Notes: generated from the sequence alone by a model not told the origin. A stretch of DNA of 10,074 bases from a bacterium (GCA_965233585.1 CBDDTI010000704.1:1-10074); one strand, 5' to 3'. Numbered from the stretch's first letter, positions 1 to 9,805 are shown. Made by a program: numbers and translations.

Positions 1-886
1 ACGGGGACTCCTTCTATTTTTTCATGCTAATTAATTATCATATCTCGGAGAGCATTCGGAAGTCAGCCAAGCGTGGTCATTGTACGCGTGCTGAGCAAGA
101 ATGCCGTACAATGACAGACTAGAAACAATAGACAATTCCCAAAGCACAAACTCAGCCAAAACGCTAAAAAATCTTCAATGTTTACTCGCGTTTGGGCTTA
201 TAGAAAGTAATGTCATAGTTTTTCAATGACCATGAAATTTAAAATCCGGGTAGTTAGTTAATTAATTGTGACCCTGAAAAAATTTGAAGGGAAAAAAACT
301 ACGAATTTTTAAGAAAATACTTTTTTTGTGAGAAGGACTCTTAAACACTGACAAACGTCAACAAATAGCTAAAACTATAATTTCTATATGTTTGCTTTGC
401 TCGAAATCGCGCGCATTTACAAGGCCCTAAAGCTTTTTGCTGACTTGCAAGGACCCATTTGTTATAACGATCCCCAAAATAAAGAGATCAACTTCATAGT
501 TTAAAAGATATAATCGTGTAAAGTTTGCTTACCATTCTCGCATAAATTATGACTTAAATTTAGAAACTGCTGAATTTCTCGAACTGGGTCTTTGCGATTT
601 TGGTGAGACTCTGTTCAGCGCAAGGCACTAATGCGCACTATGTGTAGCCAAGAGATTTTTACGAAAAAATGCCAGCATCAGCAGATTTTCGACTCAGACC
701 TCAAAGGGGCGTGGCATTATAACCACGTGAAATTTACTCCGATCGCCAAAAATTTTATGTTATATTGTAGATTGATCTATATGTGATCCATTCTATGTGT
801 TAGACTTACGATAAAAGTAAAGGTGGGGATACCAGAGAGCTTCAAAGTAGGATGGTACTCCCCAGAAAAAACTGGGTCGAGTCACC
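1..886. mobile_element. Partial non-autonomous DNA transposon, Kolobok-like (other end outside the window)
   Basis: The region ends in ...AAAAAACTGGGTCGAGTCACC followed by TTAA (887-890). This is an RR..YY terminus next to a TTAA site, as in the 6575-7205 element. It is non-coding. Only one terminus is visible, so the extent is inferred. Confidence 0.5.
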
Positions 887-2352
887 TTAAGGCACAAATG
901 TTGTCCATATGACATCAAAGGTGACAGGGTTGCTCATATTGCTCAAGTGACCTGTTTTGAAAATATTGTCAGATTTCGCCCTCTAACTTATCCCATTTTT
1001 TTCCCCCGACGTGTAGTGTCGTTGGGTAAAGCCACGTACCAGAGTGCTTTTTTGAGCCTTAAATTTCGTCTAAATTCAGAGTTGGTGACCTCTGTCGCGA
1101 AGCATGAATTAAAAAAAACTCGTCAGAAATTCAGATTCAACTCTCTTTCAAATTTGACACCGGCTATAAGCAGAGGAAATAAGGTCTTTTGATTTCCTGG
1201 GTTGATCTTTCCTACAACGCTTTTACTTTTTAAACGGAAGCTTTTGGAAAATGCCCGATTTCAGTGGCAATTTAGGCCTCTGGGAGCGCAAAATACAAAA
1301 AACAAATTTAAAAAAATAACAATAAATAAAAATCTAAACGACTTGAAACTTATATTTTTAGAACCAGTTCAGCTAGACCTTTATTCTGGCAAAGTTTGAG
1401 AAAATCGTTTTTTTTTTCTTTATTAAGACCATTTTGCTGTAAGGATCTACTACAGTCATGTAAGCGTTTCTGTTAATTTCTGGAAGGAGCAGCAGAGGCC
1501 AATACCCCACAAGAGGAATGTGCACGCATGAAAGTGCTCTCTCGCGGTGAAAGCTAAATGGAAGCCACGGTGGGATGCGGTCATTCTTACATACTATGAA
1601 GCAGATGAAGGTACATTTTGGAGTTTTAAAGACGTTGCTTCCAAGGGTTACATGCAACACAAGTGGTGGAAGACATGATCAACATGATCTTGGTGAGGAA
1701 GAATGGCAGAAAATTAATGTAATGTGTAGCTAGGATAAAGGAGTTGCCAGGAGGCCTAGCTGTTGTCCACCAGCGCGAATGGTGAAGAATCACTGAATCC
1801 TTGTGTGCTACCTAGAGACTGATAGAATAGATAATCATAGTAAAACACTCGAACGCACAAGCAAAACTCGTAGGGGTGTTCCAACTACAAGACCACAAAA
1901 AAGGGCAAAACTGACTGTACATTATCTCGTGTGACTTTCAGAAAAGTCGAACCAGCTGTTTTTCAATTTCCAACAGCGACGAAACTGCCTGAATAAGCCC
2001 ACTTTCTAAGTTTGCAAAACTCTTATCGTACCTCGTTGATGTTCTGGATTTGAAGATCTCACCATAGACAATTCAAGAAGAGTGATACCAGTTTAAATCA
2101 CAGAAACAGTGCATCACCAAATTGTTTCGACTGTTATAATTCAAGACTTAAAATTGAAGCCATTATGGTAACAGAGATAATTGTAAAACCCTATATCATC
2201 ATCACTTCTTCTTTTTTTTTTGGTTCGTCAGGGTGAACTGAGAGCAAAAACGAACTGGGAGTTAAAACGAACGCGAAAACCAGCCTTAAGATAGCACAGT
2301 AGCAAAACGATTACTCTATGAAGGCAGTTACGTCCCTAACCTTGCCCTTATT

Positions 2353-3431
2353 CCAGGGAGGGGTATTCGATATACCTGGCCCTGTTTGAGACAAAAATCG
2401 CTGATTTCCCTACCCTGTGTAAGGCAGAATTCCGACTACCCTGTTTAAGATAATTTACCCGAAACCATACCCTGTGTAGGACAATAATAAGTATCGCAAC
2501 TCTTTCTTATTTAATCCATTAGCAATCATCCAAAAACTATCTATATATAGTTTGATCAACATAGTCACGAGGAGCTCTTCACGATAAGAACGTAGTATAC
2601 CTCAGGCATAGCATCAGGTTTACCACTCACCTTTTTTTGGGAGTAACAGGAAATCATTTATTTTGTAAACTGATAAACAATCGATTATCAGGCTATTGTT
2701 ATAATAGGTTAGTAAACATACCTCAGAAAATACTAGCGCTAATTGGTTAAAAGTCGTGTTTCTATAACTTGATGGAGACAGAACTAGAATGAGCTGTTGA
2801 CGCAATGATGGCGCCAGCAAAAAGAATTTACATTGCGATAATTAAAGTTAACAAATTGTTTTCCTTTTTCTCGTCAGGTTGCTTTCTAAAATAAATATGA
2901 AACATGTTCTCCGTGTTTCTATCGAGTTATAAAAACAACCGTGATAGTTTGGGAGAACACGAAAATCTGTGGAAACAATCGCCTGCGGCTCGTGTTCCCG
3001 CATTTCTCGTTCTCCCAAACTTCCACTCGTGTTTCTATAACTCGATCGATAGAAAAACTATACATGTTTTCTGTTTCTTAATCATTTAAATGTTGCGGTT
3101 ACATGTTGTGTGGCTCTCTTGTTGTGTAATTAATAGACTTTAATATGCCTGGTATCAATTCCAAAGTTAACGGAAGGCAATATTAAAACGATCTTGTAAA
3201 AAAAAAAAACATCTGCTGTAGTTTAGTTCTTAGAGCATACGAGCAGGCTGTTTGCGGTCCAAGAAAAGATACCCTGTTTAAAACATCAATTGATAATATC
3301 GATACCCTGCTTAAGACAACAAAAGATAAAATCAATACCTTGCTCAGGACAAAAATCTCGAAAAACATACTCTTGTTGGCTGCACGTCCCCTTTAATCCC
3401 TTATAACGGAGTAAGGTTGTACCCCTTCCCC
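2353..3431. mobile_element. Non-autonomous DNA transposon with G/C-run termini and multiple TACCCTGTTTAAGAC subterminal repeats, carrying a nested insertion
   Basis: The left end CCAGGGAGGGGTA and the right end TACCCCTTCCCC are degenerate inverted. There are four motif copies at about 2378, 2411, 2437 and 2468, and three to four at 3270, 3303, 3336 and (3368). Confidence 0.6.
2700..3081. repeat. Interspersed element ending in a long imperfect palindrome (hairpin about 2900-3069)
   Basis: Paired arms include TTTCTATCGAGTTATA / TATAACTCGAT(CGAT)AGAAA and AGTTTGGGAGAAC / GTTCTCCCAAACT. The apex is GCC-TGC-GGC (2981-2989). A 5' copy CGTGTTTCTATAACTTGAT (2755-2773) matches 3028-3046 at 18/19. Outer boundaries are approximate. 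Confidence 0.7.
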
Positions 3432-3449
3432 TAAGCCCTCATTCAACTA

Positions 3450-3944
3450 CGATGGAACCTCTGGTTGCGACAACCTCTCCCTAGCGACCAGCTTTCTAAA
3501 ATACTAAAAGGTTTCAAGTCGAATCACTATATTTGGAACCTGTTGTAAGAGACCACCTCTCGTAAGCGAGTGCGACCACTTTTAGCGCCAAAGAATGTCT
3601 TTCGTATTTACTTTCCCATAAGATACCACTTGGCAGATAACAGAACAAAAATTGGATGATAAGGTGTTGTAACAATATCGCTTTTCTGCGTAATAACAGA
3701 AACAAAATTTTCTTAGTGGGAAGGATAGGATTTTGTAATCGAAATTGACTTTTCAAAGGAATAAAACATTTAAAAATGTAAAGAAAAATGCGAACGTATG
3801 CACTGCACAGGTACTATATCAATCATCAGAGACGACCTAGAATGTCTAGAAATTACCATTTGCTGATAAAGAAAACTTTTCAGCCTCCTGTAGATGACCA
3901 CCTAAGCTTGACATTTTGGGTGTCGCTTGCGGGATGTTCGGCTG
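3450..3944. mobile_element. Tc1/mariner-pogo-like MITE
   Basis: TA lies on both sides (3448-3449, 3945-3946). The degenerate TIRs are CGATGGAACCTCTGGTTGCGACAACC and, for the reverse-complemented right end, CAGCCGAACATCCCGCAAGCGACACC. Internal GCGACCA(CCT)-like repeats are present and there is no transposase ORF. Confidence 0.65.
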
Positions 3945-3995
3945 TAGATTGTAAAACTGTGGATTTAAAATTATAAACTGAAAGACTCTATTTAC

Positions 3996-4086
3996 CTTGT
4001 TGGTTGTGCTGATTCTGTCCCCATGTAAACCTGGCGCGTAAAAAATCTATCACTTTTCGCAGCTTGGGTAAGATGAAGTCTGAAAC
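3996..4086 (-). CDS. Helix-8 / cytoplasmic tail exon of the GPCR (VSDFILPKLRKVIDFLRARFTWGQNQHNQQ)
   Basis: Acceptor catttcctaaaaatttccgcag and donor CAAG|gtaaat. The 91 nt are open in phase 0, matching the phase-0 donor after ...YTLSTPK. It encodes an amphipathic basic helix, as expected after NPxxY, and ends in phase 1. Confidence 0.78.
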
Positions 4087-4300
4087 CTGCGGAAATTTTT
4101 AGGAAATGTTACTAAAGTTGAGTTAAAAACTCGAAAAACACACAATCAATGCCGTATTTGGGAATATCAAAGATGTATTACAAACAGTTTAAGTATGGTG
4201 GGGCATGTATGTGTCTGTAGCTTCTAGGCTCAAACTGTAGCCTCTTAATTCGTAGATGTTCCAAGGCTATGGCTCGTTAATAGTTGTAATAATATTCTTC

Positions 4301-4767
4301 ATTATTATGTGGCTGTGTCTCACAAGGATTGGAACTACCCAACTCACGAATTTGATTGGCTGAATTCGGTATTGACAGCGGTCTAGAATTTTCATCTAGA
4401 CCGGCATCTTGAGCAGTAATGTTTTGCGGTGAAAAATGTGCAAACTAAAATGCCAAAATATTCGACTATTTTCTTCAAACAACATTTCTTTATCAAAGTG
4501 CCTAAAAGCCCGATGAGGAAAGAAGTAAAGAGGACAAGCAAACTTTGGCAGAATTAAGTTCAGCTCATAACCGTTCACAAGCTAAATGTCAGTCACGTAC
4601 AGACCTAAACCAGTTACATTAAACGAATTGAATTGTTCTTGTTTGGCATGTAATAAACATCTTATTAACCGAGCTTAGTCGGTCTGTACGGGAGAATCTT
4701 AACCTCGGCCGCGTGTACACGACCTCGGTCAAGATTCTCTCATGTAGACCTCCTGCTCGGTTAATAA
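4301..4767. repeat. Interspersed element ending in a long imperfect palindrome (hairpin 4662-4767)
   Basis: Paired arms are TTATTAACCGAGC / GCTCGGTTAATAA, GGTCT / AGACC and GAGAATCTT / AAGATTCTC. The 5' part has TGATTGGC (4353-4360) and a mini inverted repeat GGTCTAGA..TCTAGACC (4380-4402). The 5' boundary is approximate. Confidence 0.7.
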
Positions 4768-4948
4768 TAGCAAACCATCAAAGTAACGCTACTGCTTGAA
4801 TGCAGTGATGCTACGACGCTATGTGGTAAGATATGAATGCATTCAATCTAGGGCTGTGATTGACAGTCATGCTGCAGTAAAGTGTCCGAGATTATCGAAT
4901 CATCTATGAGTGCTATGTCACCTAAGTGACCTAAGTGTTATTTCGTAC

Positions 4949-5945
4949 CTTAGGGGTTGAAAGCGTGTATATGATCGGATTCAGAGCTGAATTTATTGGC
5001 AGGACGAAGACGGCCATCCAAACAGGTAGGTCGCTTGTCGGGTAGAAATCCTTCTCCACCAAGAACTTGATGCCAAACACTATGATTGGCATCCAACAGG
5101 CGCAGTCCGTGAAAACGATAAAGGCAAACTTCTTTGCAAGAGCTGTTTCCCTTTTGGCAGTAAATGATTTGGCACTAGCCTTGATCTCTGTGCTAGCTCC
5201 TTGGTGTGCGAGACGCTGATCGGAGAGAAAGCTTTTAAGAAAGATTGTTGCATATGCAACAATCATAAAGATGATGAGAAGGAAATTTAATCCAGTAAAA
5301 ATGGCGACTGAATATTCCCATCCAGGGGGAAAGCTAGCTGAAAGCTGAAGAGGAAGGCACACGACTGACCTGCTGTAGTATGCAGATCTGCCAAGGCGAT
5401 CATTGAAATAGGGGATGCCACTGATAGGAAGGAATGCTATGGTAAAGCCAACAACCCATACCACCATACACAAAATGTGTGCCTTTCGGCGGGTCAGGGT
5501 TCTTCCGCGGAAAGGGAATACGATATTTTTCAGCCTATCAGCAGATATCAGAGTAAGCATCATTGCAGAAACCTCGCTGGATAACACTGATATTGCTCCT
5601 GTGATCTGACATGGTAAACCGAATCGCCACTGGAAGTCGTGCAAATAATATTCTCCTGACCACAGGCGGTCTATGACTGCTATGGTAAGTAAGTACACAG
5701 CCATCAAGCCATCCGCTACTGCCAAGTGCATCAACATGATAACTTGGACACCTTTAAGAAAATGGCGCAAGACAAGCACACACACAGCACCGAGAAGCGA
5801 AAGGACTCCTATGGCCCAAATGCTGTAACGTGGGGCTGGGTTCTTCAACATGTTTTCGCAACTAGCGAAGTTTTCGACGATGGTAGAAATGCAATCGGCT
5901 CCCTCTTTCGTCAAGTGACAACACATCATGTTCGTGTCCAGCGAT
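4949..5945 (-). CDS. Hinge + complete 7TM exon of an LRR-containing class A GPCR (type C LGR, GRL101/RXFP-like)
   Basis: Core of the 355-aa ORF 4931..5998. The splice acceptor is tttctgtattttctgtgctttgtag (AG at 5946-5947) and the donor is AAG|gtacga (GT at 4947-4948). The 997 nt give 1 base plus 332 codons. The protein has a Cys-rich short hinge (LDTNMMCCHL..C..FASCENML), seven hydrophobic helices, and the motifs HLAVADGLM (TM2), W..G..CQ..G, SADRL (TM3), CLPLQL (ECL2), FTDCACWMP (TM6) and PINSALNPIIY (TM7), which are characteristic of LGRs. Confidence 0.95.
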
Positions 5946-6414
5946 CTACAAAGCACAGAAAATACAGAAATTAAGTGCCACTGTACTACAATAGACACAA
6001 CAAACCGAAAACTACCTTGAAAACACCCAAATTGATGTGAAACCCTGTTAAGTATGATTATAGCTGGCGTGGAACCATCTAGTCGCGTTAAAATTATATT
6101 GGCATGTTAAAAGATGACTTAGAAATATTAAAAACAAAAAAGTTAATAGTCGCCTTTTCAGCAAACAGATAAATTAGCACAGAGATCCTCTGCCCTACAT
6201 CAGAAAATAGCTAGATGCTTTAACAAAGCCATTCATCAGAACATAGAAAGGGTTTTTTGATACTCATAACCTGGCCAGTTATTGATGGGCAGCAAAACAG
6301 GTCTTCTCCTTTCATTACCTTTCCCTAAATCAATACTTGGAAGTAGAGGAGGTCACAAAAAGGTGAAAAATAAGGTTTATACCTATTGATTCGAAACAGC
6401 TACGCGCTACTTAC

Positions 6415-6486
6415 ACCCTTATCAAATACTTCATATTTTTGAAGAAGCCAGTGGGAAGTTTATTCATCATATTATCGTGCATGAAT
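6415..6486 (-). CDS. 72-nt LRR exon of the same GPCR (FMHDNMMNKLPTGFFKNMKYLIRV)
   Basis: Acceptor ctctctgtatttctag and donor gtaagt. Exactly 24 codons, phase 2/2. It matches the LRR consensus LxLxxNxLxxLPxxxFxxLxxL and joins in frame to the 7TM exon (GT+A = Val). Confidence 0.92.
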
Positions 6487-6574
6487 CTAGAAATACAGAG
6501 AGACGCATATCATTACAAATATTCGACCCCGTATTAAAGCACATAACAATAATAACGCGACTTTGCCTGATTAT

Positions 6575-7205
6575 GGACGTTTGCGCGAAAATTTTCTAAC
6601 ATTGATTTTTTCTGAAAATTTACCATTGAAAGATGATGAGTTAGTGATGTCAGAAATGTAAAAAAAAAAAATGGTGGTCACCGACTTCGTTTGAAAAGAA
6701 CTTGCCCGAAAGAACACCTAAATCTGAGCAAATCGGGATTCGTTAGCGAAGAAGGCCACAGTGGCTGCAAGTCCCAATATATTGCAATTAGGGAAATATT
6801 ATCTACCAAATATGGTTTCAATGCACCTGTTGAGCGAATTTAGTGAACTGATGAGGTTCCTCAAAGAACAAGTTTGCATTTAGCGACCACAATTTCACGT
6901 GCCTTGCAGCTGCTTGATGGCAGGATTCCATGTCTCGTGGACAGAAGTCGTGAATTTTTTTTACCTCCCTAATTGATTTTTTGCTCATTTTTGGACAATG
7001 CGGAGATAATTGTAAATAAAATCTGTTTCTAAAAAGAAAAGTAGGGGTCACCGAACGTCCAAGATCGTAAAGTCCAAGCAAAGTTATAGCAATGGCCATC
7101 GGCCCTATCACTGTTTATTTTAGTACTTAGCGCACGCGCTCGATGTATGGCATGTGAATGTGCGTGCGCAGTGAGGATGCGCAGAAACAATTAGCGCGAA
7201 CGTCC
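6575..7205. mobile_element. Complete 631-bp non-autonomous DNA transposon, Kolobok-like
   Basis: The TIRs are GGACGTTTGCGCGAA (6575-6589) and TTAGCGCGAACGTCC (7191-7205), matching at 13/15. The flanks are TTAT (6571-6574, a mutated TTAA) and TTAA (7206-7209). GG..CC termini with a TTAA TSD fit Kolobok rather than piggyBac (CC..GG). GGTCACCGA is repeated internally. Confidence 0.8.
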
Positions 7206-7489
7206 TTAAATTCAAACTAGATGATTTGTCTTGGGGAGTAAAACCACCATTGCATCACAGATCATCAAAGACTAATACAATCAGTTTCTACGGGAGTAAC
7301 AGGCGAGCTTTCAATTCCTAAATGAATAAGAGTATTGCTAGAAAAGCCGCGCTAAAACTCAGTATACGTAAGCGTACTTCTTAATCTAAAGATGCACGTT
7401 GCTAGCGTGTCTGAGCAAAGTTAACCTCGTTTTGCCAGATAATTTTTTTTTTCTGGAGCAAGTGGTCATCGTAACTTGCAAATTTGTAA

Positions 7490-7736
7490 GTGCATATAAT
7501 AGCTAAGCCATGAATTATAGCTTTTTATCGTGTGGTACGGTTAGGTTGTAACTAAATGGGTTGCGCACGGGCTCGATGGGTAGGTTGAGTGTATTTTATG
7601 TGACTCAATTAACATTATCACTGTTATACTTGTAAATTATTGCACTTTAGATAATTTAAGAATGTAAAATGTACTCGTCAATTCAGTTGTTTTACTGCAA
7701 GAGAGTTTTTTTTTTTTAATAAACTACTAAACTAAA
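7490..7736 (+). mobile_element. Possible 3' end of a 5'-truncated non-LTR retroelement (L2/CR1-like tail)
   Basis: A T-run is followed by AATAAA (7718-7723) and a short tandem tail (CTA CTAAA CTAAA). No RT ORF is visible and the 5' boundary is uncertain. Confidence 0.35.
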
Positions 7737-7910
7737 AAGAAGTAGACCACGTCAAATGTCAGAATGGAACCATCTCCAAGATGTAGCAATTGAGTTGCTT
7801 CAAAGACGTTTTTTTTATCGCCATTTCAGTTTTATAAGCTTCGACACTTAACATCTGCGTTTTTAAAGACGAGAAAAAAGTGCCATGCAGGTCGAGAAAT
7901 TGTCAGTTTT

Positions 7911-8030
7911 CATACACTCTATGCAAATATGGCGGACAAAACAAAACATAGAGGCCCAACTAGCCTCGCTTTCATACAGCTCGTTCCAGGCGACGACGGA
8001 GTGGTCCGCCATATTTGCATAGGGTGTATG
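7911..8030. mobile_element. 120-bp MITE with 27-bp inverted repeats
   Basis: CATACACTCTATGCAAATATGGCGGAC (7911-7937) pairs with GTCCGCCATATTTGCATAGGGTGTATG (8004-8030) at 26/27. Confidence 0.85.
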
Positions 8031-8299
8031 CGAGGAACATTAACTAATTTGTGTTCCACCTAGCAAGTGAGTGATAATTAAACCAGATGCTAACAGCGTA
8101 CGGGAAATTGACCCATACAGACGTCGTGCTTCTAACTTAGACTGAAGTACTGCAGAAACATGACCAAACAGACAGAGGTAAAATATGAAGAATTTTAGCA
8201 CCGTAAATGGAAATGATATATTATAATATATGAATTGTTGCTATATAGCACAATGCTCACTGAGCTATGTGGAACCGATAGATCTTTATTTATACTAAC

Positions 8300-8371
8300 A
8301 GGAATCGCAAATCGCGGAGGTCATCAAAGTTGTCAGTAGTAACACGGAGTATGCCATTGTTGTTCAGACGG
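8300..8371 (-). CDS. 72-nt LRR exon of the same GPCR (RLNNNGILRVTTDNFDDLRDLRFL)
   Basis: Acceptor ctgtttctgtttgatttctgtag and donor gttagt. 72 nt, phase 2/2, LRR consensus, in frame with both neighbouring LRR exons. Confidence 0.9.
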
Positions 8372-8830
8372 CTACAGAAATCAAACAGAAACAGTGACAT
8401 GCAAAGTTGACAGCAGATTGAGATTAACAACCAAATTTTGAGCCGAATTAAATATCACCTACTAAAATCGAAAGACGTGACAATGGGCAATTCCCTCGCT
8501 GGGATGCGCCTGCAAGGAACCACGGTTGTTGTATTCATTACCTTGAACTGAATATTTGTTTGAATAAATACAGCTACCATGATTCACGTCTCAAACAGGG
8601 AAATGGCATTGCATATTAATAGAATTCTACCAAAATCGCCTACAGATAGTATAACGATTTCCTTTTTATCAGTTTTTTCGTTGCGTTGTAAAAAAAATCA
8701 CACTTAGCCAAAATCAAACTGACTGAATTCACTTGAAACTTGCAGTTGTGTACTAGCGCTTGACTTTTATTTTAAATTCCTCCTTTTTGTCTTCTTAGGA
8801 CTCGAATTATCTAATACTATCTCAAATAAG

Positions 8831-9147
<317 letters not shown>

Positions 9148-9399
9148 TACGCGAAAACAAATAACGCGAAAACGTCAAATCTGTTTATTGGTAATCAATA
9201 CGAATAAGGTCCTAAGCTATGCCTGATTTCCAAACGATTTTTTTTCGAGGGACGGATTTTCCCGCAGTTCAAGTCAACTCGCAGTGGCTTCAAAAGACGT
9301 TTTGGATTCCAGTTATTATGCACTCGAAATATATGAATAAGTATAAAAATCAATAAGTAATGTTAAAAAACGCTCACTTATATGTATGAAACGTTTGTA

Positions 9400-9610
9400 A
9401 AGTTCTCATAATAGTTGCTTTATAAGATGTTTATAAAAACGCTAGAAAAGACTGAAATTATAAAAACAAGAAACGCGTTAAACCGTTTTCGACCGTAGGT
9501 ATAGCGTACCAGTGATGATGACCGTACGGTCGAAAACGTTTTGGTTTCTAAAATTATAGTACCTTTTAGCCTTCTTCATAAACGCCTATGCAGTTCTTTA
9601 CGGGAACATA
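9400..9610. mobile_element. Degenerate palindrome resembling inverted Penelope-like terminal repeats, with a hammerhead-like core
   Basis: Perfect 14-bp inner arms CGTTTTCGACCGTA (9484-9497) and TACGGTCGAAAACG (9525-9538). Diverged AT-rich outer arms align for a further ~60-80 bp. The core GTGATGA-T-GACCGTACGGTC-GAAA lies at 9512-9535. Confidence 0.55.
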
Positions 9611-9805
9611 TTTTTGATATACTGATAGGCTTACATGTATACTATCATGCTCTTCTTGTAATGCAGTTCTTCTTGATATGAATGAACAAAGGGAAAACTA
9701 ACAGAAACAGCCAATTAAGGTTATGCATGGAAGGATCCTGCACGTTTTCCAAAATATTTGCAGCGGTCTGCTTGTCACAGACATTTTGAGCAAGAATGTA
9801 CTTAC

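Noticed and set aside
947..1660. ORFs 947-1192, 1202-1399 and 1373-1660
   Set aside because: They are short, have non-ATG starts and biased composition, and carry no domain motifs.
1480..2140. Possible decayed coding sequence (for example a C-terminal kinase-like domain) downstream of the receptor
   Set aside because: Short open stretches exist on both strands, but I could not identify convincing conserved motifs. A TBLASTN with paralogue tails would be needed.
2620..2820. Minus-strand 66-aa ORF and candidate micro-exons (2631-2669 VYKINDFLLLPKK, and ~2722-2783)
   Set aside because: Splice-like signals exist and the 39-nt one is phase-compatible. However, both lie inside the inferred mobile elements and show no recognisable protein similarity, so they cannot be supported without RNA data.
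2378..3375. CRISPR-like repeat-spacer array
   Set aside because: The repeats are only ~15 bp, degenerate and non-palindromic, with ~11-18 bp spacers. There are no cas genes and the context is a eukaryotic intron. Transposon subterminal repeats explain them better.
2904..4578. ORFs 2904-3089, 3183-3368, 3514-3756, 3788-3976 and 4396-4578
   Set aside because: All fall within non-autonomous repeats and show no transposase or RT motifs.
5080..5974. Short overlapping ORFs (5080-5262 -, 5415-5609 +, 5726-5974 +)
   Set aside because: These are alternative-frame or antisense shadows of the GPCR exon.
4931..5998. 355-aa ORF as a complete single-exon gene
   Set aside because: The first 18 residues (MSIVVQWHLISVFSVLCR) are the translated polypyrimidine tract and acceptor, and the last five (VRNNT) are intron read-through. 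In-frame LRR exons lie upstream.
6818..7111. 97-aa ORF inside the Kolobok-like element as a transposase
   Set aside because: It is too short, has no recognisable DDE or zinc-finger motif, and the element is only 631 bp.
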